A stretch of DNA of 31,867 nucleotides from a virus (Duplodnaviria > Caudoviricetes), in IMG/VR virus record IMGVR_UViG_3300042914_001395, positions 1 through 31,867 of that record. One strand, written 5' to 3'. This document shows, in pieces, positions 6,622 through 13,653 of this stretch (its first letter is position 1; each line of letters opens with the position of its first letter). The notes under the pieces were generated by a model, which saw only the letters and a program-made list of their open reading frames with translations, was not told the origin of the DNA and did no database searches. Made by a program: the position numbers and the translations under genes.

Positions 6622-6630
6622 GAGAGTGAA

Positions 6631-6849
6631 ATGGCAAAAGTTAAATTAGGTACTTTAATTTATGACACCTCCAAAGAAGAAGGTGTTGTAGATATTAATT
6701 GGGGAGAACTACCTGAAGATGTTATGGGGCTAGATATTCTTAGCGATTGGTCTGCTCAGTTAACAAGGCACTACCACAAAGAAGTTACTAAAGTTTTTAA
6801 GCACGAAATTAAAACGGGTGAACTTATTAAATTTTGGAGTGCTGATTGA
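6631..6849 (+). CDS. hypothetical protein, 72 aa
   Basis: AGGAGAGTG RBS. Confidence 0.75.
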   Translation: MAKVKLGTLIYDTSKEEGVVDINWGELPEDVMGLDILSDWSAQLTRHYHKEVTKVFKHEIKTGELIKFWSAD

Positions 6850-7436
6850 TGAGCGACTATCAATATACAAAGGATTGGTTTGGTTGGGCACCCCGTGTGT
6901 GGGAGCAGTTAATACCCCATCTACCCGCACGTAAAAACTTTTTAGAGATCGGAGCGTTTGAAGGTCGGTCTGCTGTATGGACCATCGAGAACATGATGGA
7001 GGATGGTGGGGAGATCTACTGCATCGACACATGGGAGGGTGGTGCTGAACACACGCCTGAAGATATGGCAGGGACAGAAGAGCGGTTCAAACACAACGTA
7101 GGTCTGGTCATGGATAACTTCGTTGACCGCCATGTACTGCCAATCAAGAGTACATCTGTGAAAGCATTGGGTGGCTTGATCGCTCAGAAGAAACAGTTTG
7201 ATTTCATCTACATTGACGGATCGCACCTAGCCAAAGATGTTTTAACAGACGCCTGTATGTCTTGGCCTTTGTTAAAGAAGGGTGGGTTCATGGTGTTTGA
7301 TGATTATCTTTGGAAGCCACAAGGTTTTATTTTATTGCAACGCCCAAAGATTGCGGTAGATACGTTTGTAAATATGTTTGAGGATGAACTAATAATTGCC
7401 CATACCGGGTATCAACTTATCGTGAGGAAAGCATGA
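6849..7436 (+). CDS. class I SAM-dependent methyltransferase (Methyltransf_24-like)
   Basis: LEIGAFEGRS, YCIDTW, FDFIYIDGSH and LKKGGFMVFDDY motifs. Confidence 0.9.
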   Translation: MSDYQYTKDWFGWAPRVWEQLIPHLPARKNFLEIGAFEGRSAVWTIENMMEDGGEIYCIDTWEGGAEHTPEDMAGTEERFKHNVGLVMDNFVDRHVLPIKSTSVKALGGLIAQKKQFDFIYIDGSHLAKDVLTDACMSWPLLKKGGFMVFDDYLWKPQGFILLQRPKIAVDTFVNMFEDELIIAHTGYQLIVRKA

Positions 7437-8221
7437 CTGATTGGACTGAAACACCACTTCAACAAGAACAAAAACAAGATCGCCCATCATTAATGATTGC
7501 CACGCCTATGTACGGCGGGATGTGTACAGGCAACTATGTATCGGGTTTGCTTGGGACTATAAACAAAATGAAATCGGTGGGTGTGCCCGTTTACTGGGCG
7601 CAGATTACTAACGAGAGTCTTATTACCCGTGCTCGCAACGAGTTAGCCCGTCTGTTCTTGGAGAAAGGTTTTGATTACCTGATGTTTATCGACGCTGACA
7701 TTTCTTTTGATGGGCAGGCTGTGGCTACTCTGATGGCGGCTAACCGTGACATCTGCGTGGGTATATACCCCAAGAAAGAGGTTGACTGGAAACAGGTTGG
7801 TAAAGCGGCAAAGATGGGTAAAGAAAGTTTACAGGACTACGGCGGTGCATTTGTAATGAATATGATTAATGGTGTAGAAAAGGTAGAGACAGATGAGGAT
7901 GGGGTGTTAGAGGTACGCCACGGCGGTACAGGGTTCATGCTAATCAAGCGCGGTGTGTTTGAGGGCCTGATGCCGCACGTACCAACTTACCGAACGTCAA
8001 CTCACAGAGTCGATGGTGAATACATTAAGCCCTTAACCCATGAGTTCTTTGCTACGAGTATTGATGAGACAGGTGCGTTGCTATCTGAGGATTATCATTT
8101 CTGTGATCTGTGGCGTAAACACGGAGGCAAAATCTACGCTAACCCATTCATTAAATTAGAACACGTTGGTACGTATGTTTATGGCGGGGACTTACTTAAA
8201 TCGGGGGGCAATCTAAAATGA
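7433..8221 (+). CDS. GT-A fold glycosyltransferase-like protein
   Basis: IATPMYGG, ESLITRARN, FIDAD (DxD), GTGFMLIKR and LSEDYxFC motifs. Confidence 0.85.
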   Translation: MTDWTETPLQQEQKQDRPSLMIATPMYGGMCTGNYVSGLLGTINKMKSVGVPVYWAQITNESLITRARNELARLFLEKGFDYLMFIDADISFDGQAVATLMAANRDICVGIYPKKEVDWKQVGKAAKMGKESLQDYGGAFVMNMINGVEKVETDEDGVLEVRHGGTGFMLIKRGVFEGLMPHVPTYRTSTHRVDGEYIKPLTHEFFATSIDETGALLSEDYHFCDLWRKHGGKIYANPFIKLEHVGTYVYGGDLLKSGGNLK

Positions 8222-8946
8222 CTACAGTAACGTGGTCTGTTTTTAGTAATGAAAATACGCCTTGGGTTCCGTTGGCTTTTTTTGATCCTGTTCCCGTATA
8301 TTTGGAATTAGTTGGCTCAAGAAATTTTATTGCTGAAGACGCAAATAATTTTTTTAAGTGCCCCGCTTTAATTGGGTATTTTAAAAATACTTTTGTTATT
8401 AAATCACCAACTGACATACATTTAACATTTGATTCAGAAAAAAATTGGATTGGTACAAAAAACTTTGATCAAAATTTTTACGACTCTTTTGTTGAAAACC
8501 GATGTAGCGTTAGAGCGGATTCTTCAACGCCTATACTAATGAGTCTAAAACTATACTATTATTTTTATTCTGAAACTTCATGTTTAGTTGAAATGTTAGA
8601 TCCAACCATGCACTGCCAGCCATGCGTTGAGAATATGCGTGTAATTCCGGGTTCATTTGACATTTCAAAATGGTTTAGGTTTTTACAACCTGTTTTTGAA
8701 GTTATCGACCCCAGTAAACCGTTAATTATAAAACGAGGCGACCCACTTTATTATGTTCGTTTAGTACCTAAAGATGATAGTAAAGTTGATTTAGTTTATA
8801 AAGAATTTAACAGAGAAATGTTCAACGAAACTAATAAGTGTATGAGTTTAAAATTTGGCCTTAAAAATTTACCTCTAAAAACATTATATGAATTAGGGAA
8901 ACGCATCAATAAAAATGTTTTTAAATCAGGAGGCAATCTAAAATGA
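8218..8946 (+). CDS. AT-rich conserved phage hypothetical protein, 242 aa (possibly dUTPase-like beta fold)
   Basis: KCPA...NTFVIKSP, PGSFDISKWFR and IKRGDPL motifs. Roughly 30% GC in sampled lines. Confidence 0.75.
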   Translation: MTTVTWSVFSNENTPWVPLAFFDPVPVYLELVGSRNFIAEDANNFFKCPALIGYFKNTFVIKSPTDIHLTFDSEKNWIGTKNFDQNFYDSFVENRCSVRADSSTPILMSLKLYYYFYSETSCLVEMLDPTMHCQPCVENMRVIPGSFDISKWFRFLQPVFEVIDPSKPLIIKRGDPLYYVRLVPKDDSKVDLVYKEFNREMFNETNKCMSLKFGLKNLPLKTLYELGKRINKNVFKSGGNLK

Positions 8947-9269
8947 AAAAACTAATTGTGGGTCTGCTGTTTGTCCCATGCATGGCGAGTGCCGAGTTTA
9001 TGAGCGGCAACAGCCTTCATAGCAAAATGACTGGAGATTTTGGTGACAAGATGCAAGCCTTGGGTTTTATTCAAGGGGTGTTTGACGTGTACGTCAGCGT
9101 CACGTTCTGTTCGCCTGATAATGTGACCGCCGGGCAGGTGTCCGACATGGTCAAGAGATATTTGGATAACAACCCCTCCACCCGTCACAAAACCGCAGAG
9201 TCTCTTATTAACCAAGCCCTGAAACAGGCATGGCCCTGCGCTAACAATCGTGGTGGCACTAGGCTATGA
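8943..9269 (+). CDS. Rap1a/Tai-family immunity protein with signal peptide
   Basis: Signal peptide (ASA), SGNxL...GFIQGVxD...FCxPxxVTxGQ..V.RYLxxNP..RH..A..L...AL..AWPC. Confidence 0.85.
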   Translation: MKKLIVGLLFVPCMASAEFMSGNSLHSKMTGDFGDKMQALGFIQGVFDVYVSVTFCSPDNVTAGQVSDMVKRYLDNNPSTRHKTAESLINQALKQAWPCANNRGGTRL

Positions 9270-9445
9270 GCGACCGTGAATATGAGTTTTTCTGCCCAAG
9301 GTGTGGGCATTGTTGCCAACAGCGTGAATGGATTGGGCTGACGGATGAGGAAATAGAAAACCTGTGGGAAATGGCACAGGCGTGGAACGCCCCAAAACAT
9401 TTTTATATTTTGATTGCGGCTAAACTAAAAGAGAAGAACGCATGA
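9266..9445 (+). CDS. small phage protein, 59 aa (CPRCG plus REWIGLTDEEI...AKLKEKN; not in track)
   Basis: ATGA coupling at both ends, motif common in small phage accessory genes. Confidence 0.8.
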   Translation: MSDREYEFFCPRCGHCCQQREWIGLTDEEIENLWEMAQAWNAPKHFYILIAAKLKEKNA

Positions 9446-10074
9446 GTTACATTGTTTCCTCCTTGCCTCCCATAAAATGCTTTGTCCGCAAAGAGTTTCT
9501 TTACAATTTCCACAAGGGTCACGGAGAATTAGAGCCTGCCGTTTGGGTAAGCCTTAAAGCCCTGCGGGGTCAGGTGTTCCGCATCGAGTCCTTACTGCCT
9601 GCGTATGGTGCTCTGTACGACAAACTCCCAATCCATGCTTATGTGTGGAAGGAAGGCCATAGTGATTTGCCGATAGACACTTTGCAATTGTGGGACTGCA
9701 TGGGCTATAGATTCACGATCGTTGAAAAGATTGGGTTGCGTAATCTAGGCGTGAAGTTTCTCGGCAAGAATAAAGAGTGGTACTTTGGTACATATATGTT
9801 TACCGTGGATTTTTGTGCAGACGGAATGGATGTGGATACTGGATTTACTGAGCAGGCCGAGGAGCATAAAAGTTTTAACTGGATCAGGTTAGAGTCGGGT
9901 CAGTTTGCCTGTCAACCCAATAACAGATGTCTTTGGTACGATCAGTCGCTTATACCTGCTGAGACAAAGTTCCCTGATTTCCAAGCCGCTCAAACTTTTT
10001 GGACAGTAGATGGCACACGCAAATGGTCTGCGGGTGATGATTGGTTTTATGACATAAAGGAGAAGAACACATGA
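9442..10074 (+). CDS. conserved phage hypothetical protein, 210 aa
   Basis: LPIHAY, LQLWDC and EHKSFN..L..GQFACQPNNR motifs. Confidence 0.85.
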   Translation: MSYIVSSLPPIKCFVRKEFLYNFHKGHGELEPAVWVSLKALRGQVFRIESLLPAYGALYDKLPIHAYVWKEGHSDLPIDTLQLWDCMGYRFTIVEKIGLRNLGVKFLGKNKEWYFGTYMFTVDFCADGMDVDTGFTEQAEEHKSFNWIRLESGQFACQPNNRCLWYDQSLIPAETKFPDFQAAQTFWTVDGTRKWSAGDDWFYDIKEKNT

Positions 10075-10385
10075 AAAAAGTAACTAAGAAAACTACAAAA
10101 ACTACAAAGTCCCCGCCGATGGCTTTAGTCAAGATAGAGGAGTTAGATAAACTGCTTAAGGGTGTACGGCAAGTAAGCAATGACCTTGATGAGTTGTCAT
10201 ACAGATTTGATGAGGTCGGTCAGTTGATGGATTCAATAAACTATGATTTCGATTTCAATGACGAAAAGGGATCTTGCTTCTTCTATCTATCTGAACGGCT
10301 ATACAAAGAAAACAAAGTACAAATGGAAGAGATACTGCAACGGCTGAATAAGTTGTTATTTGAAGCAAGAGGAATAAGAGGGTAG
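10071..10385 (+). CDS. hypothetical coiled-coil protein, 104 aa
   Basis: AAGGAG RBS, ATGA coupling. Confidence 0.75.
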   Translation: MKKVTKKTTKTTKSPPMALVKIEELDKLLKGVRQVSNDLDELSYRFDEVGQLMDSINYDFDFNDEKGSCFFYLSERLYKENKVQMEEILQRLNKLLFEARGIRG

Positions 10386-10418
10386 TAAACAAAAATTTTA
10401 ATCAAAGGAGAAGTAACC

Positions 10419-11402
10419 ATGAAAAACCTAGCAGTCTTAGTTTTATCTTTAATCATCAGTGGTTCAGCATTTGCTTGGAAGCCAACTAAAAACATAACAA
10501 TGGTTGTGCCATTCCCTCCGGGTAGTGGTAATGACCTGATCGCACGGTCTGTATCTGAGTCGGTATCTCGAACTACTGGGGTCACTATTGTTATAGAGAA
10601 CAAAGCGGGTGCGGGTGGTACGGTGGGTATGATGCACCTAAACACGTTGCCGAATGATGGGCATAGCGTATCGCTTGCCTCGATGGGTGGCATTACGGCT
10701 ATGGACTACACGCTACCTAACTTTCATCAAAACCCCCCTTATGACATAGGATCTTTTTCGTATGCGCTCAAGGCAGGGTTCTCGCCCGTGGTTATTATTG
10801 CCAATGCAGATGACCCAGTTAGTACGCCAAAACAATTGATCGATGTGTTAACCAAAGAGAAGGTCGATGTCGGGCACTCCGGTGGTGGGGGTAGGCTTGG
10901 TTTAGAGTCTGCGTTAATTGCGATTGGAGCCAACAAGAATGCAGGGTTAAACAGGGTAGAGCATCGTGGCCCTGCTCAGACTGCCATAGATGTTGCGGGT
11001 AAACACGTTAGGTTTGGTGCGTTGCCGTTAGCCGTTGCCGTTACGTTCAAAGATGCTAACAAGATAAAGATCATTACGCATACGGCTAGAGATCCAATCA
11101 AGACGCTACCGAACGTGCAACCGTTTAGCACAGTCGTGCCGGGATTTAATGCCACGGTGGATTGGGGTGTGGTGCTACCCAAGAGTACCCCTAACGAAGT
11201 GCTAGATTGGTACGCCAAAGAATTTGGTAAGGCTTTAGACGATGAAAAGGTAAAGGCTTTCTTTGGTTCAAACTTTTTCTTTGTATCAGACCCCGCTCTC
11301 AGGACACCCAAAGCGTTTGCATCATGGGTAACGGAGCAGAGAAAGAAGAACACACCTGTGGTCAATGAAGTTGTTCGACTAATCAAGGTAGAGACTAAGT
11401 GA
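10419..11402 (+). CDS. tctC: Bug/TctC-family tripartite tricarboxylate transporter periplasmic substrate-binding protein
   Basis: Signal peptide, WxPxKxITMVVPFPPGSGxDxxAR, IENKAGAGGTVG, PNDGHS, D(V)AGxHV and PKSTPxEV hallmarks. Confidence 0.9.
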   Translation: MKNLAVLVLSLIISGSAFAWKPTKNITMVVPFPPGSGNDLIARSVSESVSRTTGVTIVIENKAGAGGTVGMMHLNTLPNDGHSVSLASMGGITAMDYTLPNFHQNPPYDIGSFSYALKAGFSPVVIIANADDPVSTPKQLIDVLTKEKVDVGHSGGGGRLGLESALIAIGANKNAGLNRVEHRGPAQTAIDVAGKHVRFGALPLAVAVTFKDANKIKIITHTARDPIKTLPNVQPFSTVVPGFNATVDWGVVLPKSTPNEVLDWYAKEFGKALDDEKVKAFFGSNFFFVSDPALRTPKAFASWVTEQRKKNTPVVNEVVRLIKVETK

Positions 11403-12226
11403 AATACCATATCACCGCTGACAATAGGATTGAATGTACTTTAGATTACTCATTGAAGGGTAAAACTAAATCGTTCAAAGAGGAAGTAGCAGATCACTTT
11501 AAACATATTGTGGAAGGCCACGATCAAGTCTACCTGTTGTTTAGCGGTGGTATGGATAGTCGTTTCCTAGCCCTTCTTTTAATGGAACTAGGGGTAGACT
11601 TCACCGCCATAACTTATGCGTTTAGTTCTAATTATGACGATTATGATTCTCGAGCAAGTAAAGATTTTTCTAAACGACACGGCTTTAAACACGAACTTTT
11701 TAATCTTGAATTAAAAGAGTTTAGGTCTTGTATTGAATATCACTATGAAAAAGGATTGTGTTTCCCCGCTTTAAATACATATTACATACTTACTACTTTG
11801 CGACGGTACAATCAACCTAATTGTGTGTTCTTAACTGGTGCGGCTTCAGAATTTATTATTCAAAATAAAAAAATTAATCTTAGTTGGTTCTTACCTGTTT
11901 ACCAAACTGTCTACCCAAACATTCATAACTTTACAACTGATAGGATATTGTTTTCTTATCTTGACGAGCCAATAATAAAAGACAATTGGCAAGATTTATC
12001 TTTGGGTAGATTTTATTTAAGAAACAAAGTTTATGGGAGTATTTACTCAGATAAACTAAAAAGCCTTAAGAAAAAAGGGCCGGATCATCAACACATGGTG
12101 GATTTATTTATAGAAATGACTACTAAAAAATACAACGAAGAAGAATTTTTTAAACGAGTAATCGCCGGAAATTTTACACTTGACTTGGAAGAGTACTATA
12201 ACGGAGGCGTAAACAATGGCAGTTGA
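11399..12226 (+). CDS. PP-loop (adenine nucleotide alpha hydrolase / asparagine synthase C-terminal-like) protein
   Basis: LLFSGGMDS PP-loop, later VFLTG. AT-rich, GTGA-coupled to the Bug gene. Confidence 0.75.
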   Translation: MKYHITADNRIECTLDYSLKGKTKSFKEEVADHFKHIVEGHDQVYLLFSGGMDSRFLALLLMELGVDFTAITYAFSSNYDDYDSRASKDFSKRHGFKHELFNLELKEFRSCIEYHYEKGLCFPALNTYYILTTLRRYNQPNCVFLTGAASEFIIQNKKINLSWFLPVYQTVYPNIHNFTTDRILFSYLDEPIIKDNWQDLSLGRFYLRNKVYGSIYSDKLKSLKKKGPDHQHMVDLFIEMTTKKYNEEEFFKRVIAGNFTLDLEEYYNGGVNNGS

Positions 12227-12422
12227 GATGACTGATTTTGAGCAGGGGGTGTGGGACTATCTAATGTCTCACCCAAAAACCCCGGTTCAGGCAAATAAAA
12301 TCGCAAAGGAGTGGATCGTTAGTAAGACTAGGGTATATCGGGTGTTAGAAAGGTTTGTTGAGAATGGGATCGCGGATGTAGTTCGCATCGGATCCAAGAA
12401 ATTTTATAGGGTGAAAGAATGA
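12216..12422 (+). CDS. winged helix-turn-helix protein, 68 aa
   Basis: GGAGG RBS, 'ANKIAKEWIVSKTRVYRVLERFVENG...KKFYRV' pattern. Confidence 0.8.
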   Translation: MAVEMTDFEQGVWDYLMSHPKTPVQANKIAKEWIVSKTRVYRVLERFVENGIADVVRIGSKKFYRVKE

Positions 12423-12559
12423 CTCCTGAAGAATACAAAGCCGAGATCGAGCGCCTAAAGAAAGAAGTTGAACATTGGAAACAGGCGTACCATAGAGTCA
12501 AGACTGAGAATGAAAAGTTATCGCTTGACTTAGGGATAAAGAATAAGGATTTTATATGA
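12419..12559 (+). CDS. small coiled-coil protein, 46 aa (not in track)
   Basis: ATGA coupling at both ends, AEIERLKKEVEHWK. Confidence 0.7.
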   Translation: MTPEEYKAEIERLKKEVEHWKQAYHRVKTENEKLSLDLGIKNKDFI

Positions 12560-12762
12560 ACAAAGTTACGCAGTGGATGGTGGATCAGTTAGTTGCACCT
12601 GAGCATCAGTATCTTGATGCCGATGACCCCCCATTAGATTCTTTACGTATGGCATGGCCTTTTAAAACCGATGAAGAAAGGAGGGAGATACGAAAGTGGA
12701 TGCGTAAGCAGGATAAAGCAAGAAAGATTCAGTTTTCAAGTTTTGAAGAAGCCCCATTTTAG
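12556..12762 (+). CDS. hypothetical protein, 68 aa
   Basis: ATGA coupling, C-terminal EEAPF. Confidence 0.75.
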   Translation: MNKVTQWMVDQLVAPEHQYLDADDPPLDSLRMAWPFKTDEERREIRKWMRKQDKARKIQFSSFEEAPF

Positions 12763-12771
12763 GAGAACATT

Positions 12772-12957
12772 ATGCAAGGATTTCAATTGAAATTAGATTT
12801 TGGCGAAGGAGTAGAATGCCAAGAAGAATATGAACGGTTCTTAGAAATTAACAACCTCGAAGATAATAACTCGACTTGGGCTATGTTTTGTGAGTGTTGG
12901 AAATCTTTGCTTCGTGCTGAAGCCATGCTAGAAAAACGGAATCAGCCAGTTCAATGA
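12772..12957 (+). CDS. hypothetical protein, 61 aa
   Basis: AGGAG RBS. Confidence 0.7.
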   Translation: MQGFQLKLDFGEGVECQEEYERFLEINNLEDNNSTWAMFCECWKSLLRAEAMLEKRNQPVQ

Positions 12958-13247
12958 CACCCGAAGCAAAGGTTAAAAAGAAAGTTACCGCGATACTTAA
13001 AGAGCACGGTGCTTTTTACTTTACGCCCGTAACTGGAGGCTTTGGTCATTCGGGTATCCCGGATATCGTGGCTTGCTTTAACGGTAAGTTCATTGGTATC
13101 GAGTGCAAAGCAGGAGACAAGAAACCCACTGCCTTGCAGAATAAAGTCTTGGAAGATATACGAAGCGCAAGGGGATTTGCGTTAGTAGTGAACGAAAGTA
13201 ATTTGCAGGACGTAGTTGATGTTATTAATTTTATAAAAGGAGAGTAA
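12954..13247 (+). CDS. VRR-NUC domain nuclease (Holliday junction resolvase-like)
   Basis: PEAKVK...GIPDI...FIGIECKA...PTALQ motif. Confidence 0.9.
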   Translation: MTPEAKVKKKVTAILKEHGAFYFTPVTGGFGHSGIPDIVACFNGKFIGIECKAGDKKPTALQNKVLEDIRSARGFALVVNESNLQDVVDVINFIKGE

Positions 13248-13249
13248 CC

Positions 13250-13591
13250 ATGAGTTGGCAAAAAGTTGATGATAAAGAGTTGTTGTTAGCAATTGACGAA
13301 ACAGAAGTAGAAGTTCCCCCTGAAGTTGTAGAGGCGATAGCCAAACCACGCCGTGGTCGCCCAAAGAAGAATGATGATAGTTCTTCTCATGATCCTGTAA
13401 ACAGCCCGCACCATTACACGGCAGGAGGGGTCGAAACAATTGATTTTATCGAAGCCAAAAAACTTAATTTTCATCTTGGAAATGTGGTTAAGTATGTCTC
13501 TCGCGCAGGGATGAAGGGGCAATACGTACAGGACCTTGAGAAAGCCGCATGGTACCTAGCCCGGGAGATTGAACGCGCCAAGGGGGAATAA
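13250..13591 (+). CDS. DUF3310 (SaV / T7 gp1.7-like) protein with an N-terminal AT-hook-like motif
   Basis: DPVNSPxHY..GG.ETIDFIE...GNVVKYVSRAGxK...DLEKAAWYL, plus KPRRGRPKK. Confidence 0.9.
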   Translation: MSWQKVDDKELLLAIDETEVEVPPEVVEAIAKPRRGRPKKNDDSSSHDPVNSPHHYTAGGVETIDFIEAKKLNFHLGNVVKYVSRAGMKGQYVQDLEKAAWYLAREIERAKGE

Positions 13592-13653
13592 TGATATATC
13601 TCCTCCAACTTATTTTTCTACTTGTCTGCGTATGGGCATGGGCGTCACGATGA
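13591..13653 (+). CDS. 20-aa hydrophobic micropeptide MIYLLQLIFLLVCVWAWASR (not in track)
   Basis: AAGGGGG RBS, TAATG overlap upstream and ATGA overlap with the polymerase start. Confidence 0.55.
   Translation: MIYLLQLIFLLVCVWAWASR

Noticed and set aside
10385-12216. GTAAACAA 8-mer on both sides of the Bug + PP-loop pair as a target-site duplication
   Set aside because: Too short and AT-rich, and flanking bases do not extend the match.
11399-12226. QueC / 7-deazaguanine DNA modification pathway
   Set aside because: Only a PP-loop is shared. The QueC C-terminal Cys cluster and folE/queD/queE/dpdA are not seen in the window.
13569-13649. Track's upstream extensions of polA, and likewise of ORFs starting 590, 762, 2061, 3003, 3843, 4767, 16351, 16672 and 19670
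   Set aside because: They overlap upstream genes, promoters or hairpins. Downstream starts with RBS or stop/start coupling fit better.
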